Of a DNA stretch of 64,000 nt, positions 29,825 through 40,266 are shown in pieces. The stretch lies in contig JAQBYT010000002.1 of the NCBI GenBank assembly GCA_027622665.1, positions 32,001-96,000 on the forward strand, given 5' to 3'. Numbering within the stretch: the stretch's first letter is position 1; the number at the start of each line of letters is the position of its first letter. The position numbers were made by a program, and so were the translations under genes. Source of the stretch: Verrucomicrobiota bacterium. GTDB taxonomy: Bacteria > Verrucomicrobiota > Verrucomicrobiia > Opitutales > Seribacteraceae. The notes below the pieces were generated by a model that made no database searches, was not told the origin of the DNA, and was given only the letters and a program-made list of their open reading frames with translations.

Positions 29825-29966
29825 GAAACGCTGATGCGTGCAATGGGGCTTGACTCGCTGATCACTTCCAAACTTCGAAAGGTGTGGATTACCCCGTAGT
29901 GTCCGAATAATCGAATCATCACCAATCAGGCGGCGTCCCGGTGGTAGTAGCGCAACAATCCACCCA
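29825..29966 (+). repeat. 142-bp direct repeat, copy 2
   Basis: Matches 18694-18835. Confidence 0.9.
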
Positions 29967-30110
29967 GCCGCTCGCGGCATTTTACGACGCCGCCACCGTC
30001 CGCCTCAAAGTCCGCCTCGATAATTTTGTTTCCGAGGCCCTGATGGTTCCTCTCCAAGCGGTAGTGCTCGCAGAAATGATGGACCGCCCGCCTCAGGGAT
30101 CCCTTTCCGA
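29895..30110 (-). mobile_element. 3' remnant of an rve/integrase-core transposase
   Basis: HY..ERNHQGLGN...RERLGGLLRYYHRDAA*. Confidence 0.75.
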
Positions 30111-30401
30111 TCAAAGGGTAAAGGGGGCTCAGAGAAAAGGGGTCTGGACGAAATATTTGCAGAGCCAGCCTGACCCATTTCCCCATCAAACGAGGAGCCG
30201 AATTGATTGCGCTCGCAGATCTGAGACAAATCCCTTCAAGGGATCAGTGACGAGGAAGATCGAATTAACTTTATCACCCGGAGCCCGCTTTCTTCCTGCA
30301 AGTTAAACACCGAACAACCGCTTTCTCCCCCTCTCCGATCTCCTCAACAACGTTCTCAGAGACACCCCGCAAAAAGCAAATTCCTAGCAACGAGACTTTC
30401 C

Positions 30402-30767
30402 ATGAATTTCCGCCGCCTAACTCGATCGTTTTTCACAATCGCTACCTTGCCGCTAGTGCTGTTCGCCTTGCCTACCTTCGCCGCCGAGGTTCCCGATTTA
30501 CTTCCCGACCCGGATGGCAAGCCGACCGACATGCCCAAACCCGTGCAGGTGTACCTCCTCATGGGCCAGTCGAACATGGTAGGCGCCGGGAGAATTGCCG
30601 GAGACAAGGACGGAAGTGTCGAACATACGGTGAAAGCCAGGCAGAAATACCCCTACCTTGTGGATGACGCCGGCAAAGCCCAGCGCACGGTCATCGCCTC
30701 GGTCCAGAAGTCGAAATGCGAATTCTCCCGACGCATCGCCAGGTGCTTGACCGCCAAGTGGAGGTAG
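30402..30767 (+). pseudogene. SASA esterase N-terminal fragment
   Basis: LPDPDGKP.D..KPVQVY.LMGQSNM..KYPYLVDD.G, then similarity is lost near 30675. Confidence 0.75.
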
Positions 30768-30788
30768 CGGTAAGGTTCTTACTTGATT

Positions 30789-32423
30789 ATGAAACTTTTC
30801 CTTTCATCCCTTCTCGCTCTCGTTTCCTTGGTCGCAGGAGGAGCGATGTCCAAGAGTCAGCCGAACCTTGTCTTTATTCTCGCCGACGACCTTGGCATCG
30901 GTGACGTCAACTGCTATGGCGGCGAACGTTGCCTGATCGAAACGCCGAACATCGATGCCCTGGCCAAGGGCGGTCTGCGCTTCACCGACGCCCACGTCAA
31001 CGCGTCCATCTGTGGACCCACTCGGCGGGCTCTCATGACTGGACGGTACCCGTGGCGGTTCGGGGCCACCATCAACAACGGGCCGTGGGGGTTCTGCGGA
31101 CCTCGCCCAAACACCGAGAAGTTCACCCTCGGGAAACTGTTCAAGAGGGCAGGGTACGGGACCGGATACGTCGGCAAATGGCACCTTGGCACAACCATGG
31201 CTACGGTGGACGGGAAAACTCAGGGCCTTACCAACGTCGATTTCAAGAAACCCCTGATTTACGGCCCGGCCCAGTTCGGGTTCGACCACAACTTCATTCT
31301 CCCCGGATCGCTCGACATGTATCCCTACGCCTATGCGCGCAACCATTTTTGGCAGGGGGAAGTCACTGCCCAAAAAGGCTGGAGCGCGTTCAACCGGGTA
31401 GGTCCGGCGGAAAAGGATTTTCAGGACCACGAAGTACTGGAAACCTTCTACACCGAAGCCGAGTCCTTCATCGCCAGGCAGAAAAAAGAGAAGCCCTTCT
31501 TTCTTTTCCTCGCTCTCACTGCCCCGCATACGCCGACGAGTCCAGGCGTGAAGTGGCGTGGCAAGAGCGAGCTCGGGGTCTACGGGGATTTCGTCATGGA
31601 GGTCGACCATTCGGTCGAGAGAGTCATGAATGCCTTGAAGGCAAGAGGACTGGACGGCAACACCTTGGTCTTGTTTTCATCGGATCACGGGCCGGCTCCC
31701 TATGCTGGTAATATCCTCGAGGCTACACCTGCCCAGATCAAAAAGTTGGAAGCCAAGGGGCACTTTCCCGGAGGACCTCACCGCGGATACAAATTCTCGC
31801 TCTACGAAGGTGGCCTGCGGGTTCCTCTGATCGCCCATTGGCCCAAGAGCATAAAATCGGGTGGTTCCTGCGATGCCCTTGTTGGCCTAAACGATTTCTC
31901 GGCGACCTTTGCCGAGCTGACGGGCGAGAAACTTGCAGATGACGAGGCCCCTGACTCGATAAGTTTCGCCAAGCTTTTGAAGAACCCGGGAGGGGAGGGG
32001 ACGAGAAAGAACCTCGTCATGCAATCGACCTCTTCCTTTGCCATCCGCGAGGGCAAGTGGAAGCTTTGCCTCTGCCCAGGCAGTGGGTCCAACATGAATT
32101 CGGAAAACGGCCAAGGAAACGATCCCATGCCGGTCGTCGCATGGGCCAGGGCATTGGATCAGGTCTCTGGTAAAGTGAGCGAATCCGATCTTTTGAAGTC
32201 CCCCTTCGTTCAGTTGTTCAACCTCACGACCGACCCGCACGAGGATGTTAACCTCGCGGGGAAACACCCGGAACGCGTCGAGCGAATGGTCGCCTTGCTT
32301 AAAGATCAGATCGCCAACGGGCGAAGCACACCGGGCCCGAAATTAAAGAACGACAAGAACGTCCGGATCATTTATCCCAAGGACAAAAGACTCCCCGCCT
32401 TCGTTCGTAGCCGCTTCGAATAA
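30789..32423 (+). CDS. Arylsulfatase-like S1 sulfatase
   Basis: PNLVFILADDLG, CGPTR, GKWHLG, YEGG.RVP. Confidence 0.92.
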   Translation: MKLFLSSLLALVSLVAGGAMSKSQPNLVFILADDLGIGDVNCYGGERCLIETPNIDALAKGGLRFTDAHVNASICGPTRRALMTGRYPWRFGATINNGPWGFCGPRPNTEKFTLGKLFKRAGYGTGYVGKWHLGTTMATVDGKTQGLTNVDFKKPLIYGPAQFGFDHNFILPGSLDMYPYAYARNHFWQGEVTAQKGWSAFNRVGPAEKDFQDHEVLETFYTEAESFIARQKKEKPFFLFLALTAPHTPTSPGVKWRGKSELGVYGDFVMEVDHSVERVMNALKARGLDGNTLVLFSSDHGPAPYAGNILEATPAQIKKLEAKGHFPGGPHRGYKFSLYEGGLRVPLIAHWPKSIKSGGSCDALVGLNDFSATFAELTGEKLADDEAPDSISFAKLLKNPGGEGTRKNLVMQSTSSFAIREGKWKLCLCPGSGSNMNSENGQGNDPMPVVAWARALDQVSGKVSESDLLKSPFVQLFNLTTDPHEDVNLAGKHPERVERMVALLKDQIANGRSTPGPKLKNDKNVRIIYPKDKRLPAFVRSRFE

Positions 32424-32437
32424 GCCCTTTTCATACC

Positions 32438-33379
32438 ATGAACACCAATATGTTTCTTTCTCGTTGGATTCTCTTTGTCCTGCTCGTCTTACCCCCGGAA
32501 GTATGGGCAAACGAGAACTTCGAAATTCTCAAGAAGGCCAAGAAGATCGTCTTGCTGGGAGACAGCATCACTTACGGGGGCGAATACGTGGTTTTTTTCG
32601 AGAGGTGGCTCACCGTCAACCACCCGGAGCTAAGCCCCGAGGTGCTGAACCAAGGCATACCGAGCGAAACCGTTTCCGGCCTTTCCGAACCGGGACATAT
32701 CAGGCACGGGTTCCCCCGGCCTGACCTGCACGAGCGCCTGGACCGGTCGCTGAAGGCCTTGAACCCCGACCTCATCATCGCCTGCTACGGCATAAACTGC
32801 GGTATTTACATGCCACTCGATGAGGAACGCTTCGCCAAGTACAAGGAAGGCGTTCAGCGCCTGAAGAAAAAGGCAGAGGCCCAAGGGGCCACTATCATTT
32901 TCATGACCCCGCCGGTGTACGACAAACCGAACCCGAAATTTGATTACGACGACGTCATGGCGGCCTACGCCAGGTGGCTGGTCTCGAAACGAAAGGACGG
33001 CTGGCAGGTGATCGATTTGCACACGATCATGAAGCGGGAGCTCGCCCAGAAGCGGGAGAAGGACCCGAAATTCAAGTACTCTCGCGATGGGGTACATCCG
33101 GGAGCCGAGGGGCATGAATTGATGGCTCAACAAATAATCGACTTTTTTGCCATCAAGCCACCCCTCAAGGATCCGCACCCGAATGCCTATGGTCGCATGA
33201 TGATGTTCCTGCGCGAACGCATGCGGGTAAAACGAGACGCTTGGTTGACCAAGATCGGGCACAAGCGCCCGATGCGAAAGGGCAAGCTCTTGAGCGAGGC
33301 CAACAAGATCGCGGCCGAGAACACCGAGCGAATAAAGCAAAACCTTGGAACCATCTTGAAGGCAGCCAAGCAGCTCTGA
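32438..33379 (+). CDS. SGNH/GDSL hydrolase
   Basis: GDSIT, YGIN, DGVHP. Confidence 0.88.
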   Translation: MNTNMFLSRWILFVLLVLPPEVWANENFEILKKAKKIVLLGDSITYGGEYVVFFERWLTVNHPELSPEVLNQGIPSETVSGLSEPGHIRHGFPRPDLHERLDRSLKALNPDLIIACYGINCGIYMPLDEERFAKYKEGVQRLKKKAEAQGATIIFMTPPVYDKPNPKFDYDDVMAAYARWLVSKRKDGWQVIDLHTIMKRELAQKREKDPKFKYSRDGVHPGAEGHELMAQQIIDFFAIKPPLKDPHPNAYGRMMMFLRERMRVKRDAWLTKIGHKRPMRKGKLLSEANKIAAENTERIKQNLGTILKAAKQL

Positions 33380-33467
33380 GGTTTTCTATTCGGTCCACAT
33401 ACTTTTTGCTGTCCAATCATCCTCTATTTAAGTACCCCTTGGTGCTTTGTGAAATCACTATCTTCGG

Positions 33468-34958
33468 ATGAAAGTACTGATCCTCCTGTTGTTCGCCACG
33501 CTCTCCTTCAAATGCCTGTCCTTCGGGGCCAAGGACAAGCGGCCTAATATTTTGCTTTTCACGGCGGATGATCTCCATGCCGAGTCGCTCGGCGCGTACG
33601 GAGGAAAACCGAAAGACCTTACGCCCAACCTCGATGCCTTCGCCGCTCAAAGCATGCTCTTCAACCGGGCTCACGTGAACACCCCGATCTGCGCCCCCTG
33701 CCGGGCGATCCTTGCGACTGGTCGCTACAGTCACCGTTCGGGAGCCATGGGCTTCATGCCCGCCCGTCCCGACGTGCCCGACGTCGTGACTACGCTGAAA
33801 GCGGGAGGCTACCACACGGGAATTCTTGGTAAGTACGGACATTCCACTCCCAAAAAAACGATGGAGTGGGATTATCATTTTGATCAAAAGGATCTCGGTA
33901 ACGGCCGTAGTCCGGGTCTATACCGGCAACGAAGCGAGGTGTTCTTCGAGCAATGCAAGAAAACAGGCAAACCCTTCTACTTCATGGTGAATTCCCATGA
34001 TCCGCATCGGCCTTATTGCAATCCGGATAAATTGACCAGGGGAGCGTCCATGCCCTCGCGGACCTACGAGCCGAGCGAAGTCGACGTGCCGGGCTTTCTG
34101 CCCGACCTGCCGGGAGTGCGAGCCGAGTTGGCCCAGTACCTGAACTCAACCCGCCGCCTCGATGATACCTTCGGCAGCGTCATGAAGGCCCTCGACGAAT
34201 CGGGTTACGCGGATAACACCTTGGTGCTCTTCATTACCGACAACGGTATCGCGGTACCTTTTGCCAAGTGCAACACCTGGTTCCATAGTTCGCGTAGCCC
34301 CTTGCTGGCCCGCTGGCCCGGCCAGGTCACCCCGGGCATTCGCGACGACGAACATTTTGTTTCGGTGGTGGATTTCTTTCCGACTTTCCTTGAGGTGACC
34401 TGGGTGAAGGGTCCCGGCGGTCTCGACGGTCGGTCTTTCCTCTCCCTGCTGGAAGGCGGCAACCAGAAGGGGAGGGATTGCGTGTTCACCCAGATCGACT
34501 CCAAGGCGGGAGGCGCCGCTGTGCCGATGCGGGCGGTGCACAATGCAAAGTACGGATACATCTACAATGCCTTCAGTAACGGAACCTACTGGTACCGCAA
34601 CAACAACGAGGGACAAACCATGGCGGCGATGAATCTGGCGGCCAAGACCGATGCCGCCATCGCGGCCCGCGTGGACCTCTTTCGCTATCGTGTTCCGGAG
34701 GAATTCTACGACCTCGAGAAGGATCCCGATTGCCTCGTCAACCTGATCGACAGTTCCCGTCACAAGGAGACCGTCTCGATGTTGCAGGCCAAATTGGTCG
34801 GCCAAATGAAAAAGACCAACGACCCTATGTTGAAAGCCTTTGAGAACCGTAACGACCGGAGCAACGTCGATCGTGTGATAACGGCTACCTATGGGCCGCA
34901 AAAGCCCAGCGGTCCAAAGAAGCCCAAGAACCAAAAGGGTAAAAAGAAACAAAAGTGA
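33468..34958 (+). CDS. Sulfatase (sulfamidase/N-sulfatase-like)
   Basis: PNILLFTADD, CAPCR, DPHRP, VPGFLPD.P..R. Confidence 0.88.
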   Translation: MKVLILLLFATLSFKCLSFGAKDKRPNILLFTADDLHAESLGAYGGKPKDLTPNLDAFAAQSMLFNRAHVNTPICAPCRAILATGRYSHRSGAMGFMPARPDVPDVVTTLKAGGYHTGILGKYGHSTPKKTMEWDYHFDQKDLGNGRSPGLYRQRSEVFFEQCKKTGKPFYFMVNSHDPHRPYCNPDKLTRGASMPSRTYEPSEVDVPGFLPDLPGVRAELAQYLNSTRRLDDTFGSVMKALDESGYADNTLVLFITDNGIAVPFAKCNTWFHSSRSPLLARWPGQVTPGIRDDEHFVSVVDFFPTFLEVTWVKGPGGLDGRSFLSLLEGGNQKGRDCVFTQIDSKAGGAAVPMRAVHNAKYGYIYNAFSNGTYWYRNNNEGQTMAAMNLAAKTDAAIAARVDLFRYRVPEEFYDLEKDPDCLVNLIDSSRHKETVSMLQAKLVGQMKKTNDPMLKAFENRNDRSNVDRVITATYGPQKPSGPKKPKNQKGKKKQK

Positions 34959-34987
34959 AAGAATCAAACCCCCCCTGCCTACGAGCC

Positions 34988-36406
34988 ATGAGAAGTATCC
35001 CTAAATTTATTTATTTATTAATGCTTTCAAGCCTCGTTTGTCTGGCTGCCAAGGACAAACCCAACGTCTTGCTGGTCTCGATCGACGATTTGAACGATTG
35101 GGTCGGTTGCCTCGGCGGTCACCCGCAAGCCAAGACTCCCAATATCGACCGCTTGGCCAAGATGGGCACCCTGTTTGCCAACGGACATTGCCAGTCTCCC
35201 GTTTGCAACCCTTCGCGGGTCAGCATGATGACGGGCCGTTACCCGCATACCACAGGGGTTTACTTTCTCAGCCCGGATCTGGAAGCTTCACCGGTACTCA
35301 AGGACGTCCAGACCCTGCCCGAAGTGTTTGCCGACAATGGATACAAGACGATGGCGGCGGGCAAGATCTTCCATCAGGGAGACAAGCGCTTTTTTCAGGA
35401 ATACCTGCCGACGGGCGGATTCGGTCCGAAGCCCAAGAAAAAGATTTCCCAACCTCACGGACATCCCTTGTGGGACTGGGGAGTGTTTCCGGATGACGAC
35501 AACCTGATGCCCGACATGAAGTGCGCCAAGTGGGCAGTCGAGCAATTGAAGAAGAAACACGACAAGCCGTTCTTCATGGGGGTCGGGTTTTACCGGCCTC
35601 ACGTTCCGATGTATGCTACCAAGAAATGGTTCGATATGCATCCCAGGGGAAAAATCAAGCTTCCCCTGGTTCCAAAGAACGACTGCAATGACTTGAGCCA
35701 GTACGCGATCGACTTGACCAATTTGAAACACGTTTCCCCCACCCACAAATGGGTCAGCGAAGCCGGGCAGTGGGAGCATGCAGTTCAGTCCTATCTGGCA
35801 TCGGTGTCCTTTGCCGATCATTGCCTGGGGCTTGTGCTCGATGCACTGGAGTCAAGCGACTACGGAAAGAATACGGTCATCGCTCTGTTTTCCGACCATG
35901 GATTCCACCTCGGGGAGAAGGAACGCTGGGCCAAGCGTTCCCTCTGGGAGGACGGAACCCGGGTCCCCATCATCGTGACAGCCCCAGGGTACGAGAAAAA
36001 CCAGAAATCCGACCGGCCCGCCGAGCTCCTCGACGTCTTTCCCACCTTGCTCGAATTAGCCGGACTACCCGCTGACTCCAGCCAGGAAGGGCAGAGCCTG
36101 GTGCCCCTCATGAAGAATCCCAAGAGGGAGTGGCCGCATCCCGCCATCACTAGTTTCGGACTGGGCAATTACTCGGTGCGCACTACCCGCTACCGCTTTA
36201 TCCAGTACTTTGACGGATCACGGGAACTCTATGACCTGAGCAAGGATCCGCACGAATGGAGGAACTTGGCCGCCGACCCGAAAAACAAATCGATCATCGA
36301 GGAACACGCGTCCCACCTGCCCAAGAAACAACACCCCGTCCTGCCGGGCAGGTCGACCGGGCATGCGGCCTACGGAGCGGCCAACGCCAACATCAAGAAC
36401 GATTGA
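34988..36406 (+). CDS. Sulfatase (iduronate-2-sulfatase/choline-sulfatase-like)
   Basis: IDDLNDW, CNPSR, GKIFH, GFYRPHVP, SDHGFHLGEK..W.K. Confidence 0.9.
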   Translation: MRSIPKFIYLLMLSSLVCLAAKDKPNVLLVSIDDLNDWVGCLGGHPQAKTPNIDRLAKMGTLFANGHCQSPVCNPSRVSMMTGRYPHTTGVYFLSPDLEASPVLKDVQTLPEVFADNGYKTMAAGKIFHQGDKRFFQEYLPTGGFGPKPKKKISQPHGHPLWDWGVFPDDDNLMPDMKCAKWAVEQLKKKHDKPFFMGVGFYRPHVPMYATKKWFDMHPRGKIKLPLVPKNDCNDLSQYAIDLTNLKHVSPTHKWVSEAGQWEHAVQSYLASVSFADHCLGLVLDALESSDYGKNTVIALFSDHGFHLGEKERWAKRSLWEDGTRVPIIVTAPGYEKNQKSDRPAELLDVFPTLLELAGLPADSSQEGQSLVPLMKNPKREWPHPAITSFGLGNYSVRTTRYRFIQYFDGSRELYDLSKDPHEWRNLAADPKNKSIIEEHASHLPKKQHPVLPGRSTGHAAYGAANANIKND

Positions 36407-36439
36407 TCATTGGACGGAGCTCCCCTTACGCTTCCAAGG

Positions 36440-38776
36440 ATGAACGGAACCCGAATCACAACCTTACCGGTTCTGACTGTTGCGGTGCTTCTTCTGTCAA
36501 GCTTGACGGTAAGCGCCGCTGTGCCCTCCGGCTTCGATCAAGTAATCAAGCCGTTCCTCAAAGAGAACTGCATCCGGTGTCACGGTGAGAAAAAGCAAAA
36601 GGGCAAGCTGGCTCTCCATCAGGTATCGTTTGATTTCACAACGACGGAGACTTCCGACTTGTGGCTTGAGATTCTTGAGCAATTGACGGCCCGAGACATG
36701 CCGCCGCCCGACGAGGAAGCGCAGCCGACTGATTCGGAACGTAATGCGGTGATCGAATGGATCGACCGTCAGTTGCTGACCGTGGGCTCGGGCGAAACTT
36801 ATCGCAAAAAGCTACTCGCCCCCGAATACGGCAACTGGGTAAATCACAAAAAGCTCTTTTCGGGTGAAATCAAAACACCCCCTTTTTCACCCTCTCGGCT
36901 CTGGCGGTTCAATACCGAGATTTTTGCCCACAAGGGCTTTGGCAAGGCGAAGAGCCCTTTCAGTTACGTGACCTCGGAACGTGGGATCCGCGACTACGCG
37001 GCTATGTCGGTTGCGGATCAGAGCACGGTGCAAATGACGATGATCGTGGCCGACTCGTTTCTAGCGGAGCGGGAAAAACGGGGCGATTTTACGGATTTCG
37101 GGGATGATAAGCCGGTTCCTGAGGAAAAGGCGCTTGTGGAGGTGATTAGGCGGGAGCATATTCGGGTGATCGGACGCTACCCGAACAAGGAAGAGCAGGA
37201 AAAATACCTGACCTTTCTCAAACAGAGCATCAAAGCTGGCGGGAACCTAGACGGATTCAAAACGACGATCAAAGCGATGTTCCTGAGTCCGGAATCGATC
37301 TACCGGATGGAATTCGGCCTAGGTGAGGTGGACGAGCACGGACGCCGGCATTTGTCACCGGACGAACTGGCCCATGCGATCGCCTATGCATTGACGGATT
37401 ACAGACCGGACAACCATCGACTCATTCGTGACGCACTGCAAAAGGGGAAGCTGAAAACCAAGGAGGACGTGGCTCGTCTCGTTCGGCAATTGATGGACGA
37501 ACAACTCTTGACGGGACACTGGGACCGGAAGGATCTGCCGCGAATCAGGCGGTTCTTTGAGGAGTTCTTCGGTTTTCATCGGGCCGGAACGGTCTTCAAG
37601 GACAACGACCGGCGGGGTGCGGAAAAGATTAACCAATGGAACACGACTATGCTCATTCACGACGCGCGGATGCTGATTGAGCACGTGTTGAAGAAGGACA
37701 AAGACGTTATCGCCGAGTTGTTGACCACAAATGAGTACTTCATCGCGCATCCGGGCGACAACGAGTATGCCCGCGAGCATTACGAGAAGAAAGTGGCGGA
37801 GATCATGGATCCGGGCTTTGTCCAGGCACGCATTGAGCTGCGCAGGAAACAGATCAAGGGGGATTTCAATTTTGAGAATATGCCGGAAAAGGCGGAGGAA
37901 GCGCTGGTTTCCGCCCGCCGGGATGCGGAGAAAACGGTTGCGATGTATCAAGCGACGCTGGACAAGGGAATGCACCGCCATCCCGATTTTCCTTTCGAGG
38001 GCAATAGGCGCGGCATTGCGGATCTCCTTTATGTCGAGCCCTACAATTTACCTAGCAACGGTCGCCACGGGGAACAAAAGTGGGACTGGCCCATCGAGCA
38101 ACCCTTGAAGATGCCCAAGGAGCAACGGGCCGGTTTACTTACGCATCCAGCGTGGTTGACAGCCTATTCGCTCAATGAGGACAATGATCCCATTCATCGG
38201 GGGATCTGGGTATACGAACGGTTACTGGCGGGGGTGCTGGGTGACGTCCCCCCGGACGTTGACGCGGCCGTGCCAACCGATCCTCACAAGACTCTTAGGG
38301 AGCGGATGGAGCCACTGCGAAGCGAACGGTGCTGGAAGTGCCACCGCAAGATGAATCCGCTCGGTGAAGCGTTCGAGGTCTTTGATGACTGGGGGCGCTA
38401 TCGAACCCATCACTACTTTGACGAGAACGGTGAAATCTACATGCGGCGGGACAACCAGTTCGACCGCAAGCTCAAGGAGGGCAAACTAACGACCCGCAAG
38501 GTAGACGCGTCCGGAGAAATTGCCTTTTCGGGCGATCCCAAGGTCGATGGAAAAGTAAAGGATGCAGTCGAAATGATGCAGCGCCTGGGTCGTTCGGATC
38601 GGGCCCGTCAGTCCTTCATCCGGCATTTGTTCCGCTATTTCATGGGACGCAACGAGATGCTGAGCGATTCAAGAACCTTGATCGAAGCCGAAAGAGCCTA
38701 TGTAGATAAAGGCGGTAGCTTTAAAGCGCTCGTTGTATCATTATTAAGTTCGGATTCCTTTTTATACAGACGATAA
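36440..38776 (+). CDS. PSD-domain (DUF1588-type) protein with two CxxCH motifs
   Basis: CIRCHG..MPP; GLLTHPAWL, CWKCHRKMNPLG, RYFMGRNE. Confidence 0.85.
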   Translation: MNGTRITTLPVLTVAVLLLSSLTVSAAVPSGFDQVIKPFLKENCIRCHGEKKQKGKLALHQVSFDFTTTETSDLWLEILEQLTARDMPPPDEEAQPTDSERNAVIEWIDRQLLTVGSGETYRKKLLAPEYGNWVNHKKLFSGEIKTPPFSPSRLWRFNTEIFAHKGFGKAKSPFSYVTSERGIRDYAAMSVADQSTVQMTMIVADSFLAEREKRGDFTDFGDDKPVPEEKALVEVIRREHIRVIGRYPNKEEQEKYLTFLKQSIKAGGNLDGFKTTIKAMFLSPESIYRMEFGLGEVDEHGRRHLSPDELAHAIAYALTDYRPDNHRLIRDALQKGKLKTKEDVARLVRQLMDEQLLTGHWDRKDLPRIRRFFEEFFGFHRAGTVFKDNDRRGAEKINQWNTTMLIHDARMLIEHVLKKDKDVIAELLTTNEYFIAHPGDNEYAREHYEKKVAEIMDPGFVQARIELRRKQIKGDFNFENMPEKAEEALVSARRDAEKTVAMYQATLDKGMHRHPDFPFEGNRRGIADLLYVEPYNLPSNGRHGEQKWDWPIEQPLKMPKEQRAGLLTHPAWLTAYSLNEDNDPIHRGIWVYERLLAGVLGDVPPDVDAAVPTDPHKTLRERMEPLRSERCWKCHRKMNPLGEAFEVFDDWGRYRTHHYFDENGEIYMRRDNQFDRKLKEGKLTTRKVDASGEIAFSGDPKVDGKVKDAVEMMQRLGRSDRARQSFIRHLFRYFMGRNEMLSDSRTLIEAERAYVDKGGSFKALVVSLLSSDSFLYRR

Positions 38777-38788
38777 TCATACCTATTT

Positions 38789-40228
38789 ATGATATATAAA
38801 AGACGGCAGTTTCTGCGAAATTTCTCCCTTGGCGGCAGCACCCTTGCCATGGCTCCTTTTCTACAATCCATTCGGGTCCATGCCGCCGGAGACGAAGCTG
38901 CCTTGCCGAAGCGGTTCGTCTTCGTGGTGAAATCATCAGGAATCGACAAGTTCAACCTCGTACCCGAGGGTCTCGAAAATCACTTCGTCAATCCGGACGA
39001 CGGCAAGAAACTGGGGAATCGAGGGCGGCGGGAAGGACCTCTCGTAGACGTCGCGCTGGCAGATCACCAGCTTCCGGAAAAACTGGCCGCCTTGGAAACT
39101 TTCAAAGATCGCCTGACAGTCATTCAAAGTTTGTCCGGGGTGGGCTTCCGGGGAAACCATACCAAGGGATTCGGGACCCTTTCGCTTCATGATTCGGAAA
39201 AGGTAGCCGTTGCCCCGACGCTGGATTGTCTCCTCGGGCAACATCTCTCCACGGGTCCATTCCCGATGTACGGCATGGCAATGAGCGGTCAACTGCTTGA
39301 GTCCGCAGGATGGAAACCCGAAGACTCCTATTGCTATCCAAACCTTTCCGCCTACGCAGCCGCCAAGCCCGTTGCCTATCAAGGTTCCCCCCGGAAAGCC
39401 TTTCTCGAACTCTTCGGCGCCGGCGTGGCAAGCCCCCGGGAACTGGAAAAGAAAATCGCTCTGAACGGCGACCTGATGGATTTCCTGACCGAGGATGCCC
39501 GGCGCGTGGAGAAGCGACTGTCCGGGGACGACAAGGAACGGTTCGCTCTTTATATGGATTCGTTCGATTCGCTGCGAAAGATCGAAGAGAAGAAAGCCGC
39601 CCTTACGGACCGCATTCAAAAGCACGCCCCGGAACTGACGGACCGCTTCGATTCCACCGCTCCATCCGAGCGAATCGAATCGCACTTTGAAATCGCCTCC
39701 GCCGCTCTGGTCGCTGGCCTGACAAATGTGATCACCCTGCGTCCGGACACCTTGGGCGTGAAGTATTCCGAGCTCAAGATATCGAATTCCGTACACGCCC
39801 TTGGACACCTCCAGGACAACAAGGCTTCAAACGGCTGGACCGGTCACCAGGCGCGCATGGAGATCGAAAAGCTGCACCTCAAGCAAATCGCAAAAATGGC
39901 CAAGAAGTTCGACGATATTCCGGAAGGAAATGGCTCGATGCTCGACAACACGATGATCGTCTACATGTCGTGTTCTTCCGGCGACCATCATTGCGCCGGT
40001 CATGATTGGCCAGTCGTTCTGCTTGGCGGGATGGGGAAGAAGCTGAAGACTGGACGCTATGTCGAGTATCCCAAGTATGGCAGCAAAGGCCACCGTACGG
40101 TTGGCAACCTTTACCTTTCCTTGATGCAGGCCGCCGGAATGAAAACTTCCGAAACCTTCGGTCAACCGGATGCCAACCTGAAGGATCTCGACCTGAAGGG
40201 ACCGTTGCAGGAATTGATGGTAGGCTAG
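38789..40228 (+). CDS. DUF1552 family protein (Tat)
   Basis: KRRQFLR leader; PKRFVFV; IPEGNGSMLDNT.IVY. Confidence 0.85.
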   Translation: MIYKRRQFLRNFSLGGSTLAMAPFLQSIRVHAAGDEAALPKRFVFVVKSSGIDKFNLVPEGLENHFVNPDDGKKLGNRGRREGPLVDVALADHQLPEKLAALETFKDRLTVIQSLSGVGFRGNHTKGFGTLSLHDSEKVAVAPTLDCLLGQHLSTGPFPMYGMAMSGQLLESAGWKPEDSYCYPNLSAYAAAKPVAYQGSPRKAFLELFGAGVASPRELEKKIALNGDLMDFLTEDARRVEKRLSGDDKERFALYMDSFDSLRKIEEKKAALTDRIQKHAPELTDRFDSTAPSERIESHFEIASAALVAGLTNVITLRPDTLGVKYSELKISNSVHALGHLQDNKASNGWTGHQARMEIEKLHLKQIAKMAKKFDDIPEGNGSMLDNTMIVYMSCSSGDHHCAGHDWPVVLLGGMGKKLKTGRYVEYPKYGSKGHRTVGNLYLSLMQAAGMKTSETFGQPDANLKDLDLKGPLQELMVG

Positions 40229-40266
40229 AAGAAACTGAGAGATAAAAAGAAGAACTGCATGATATC

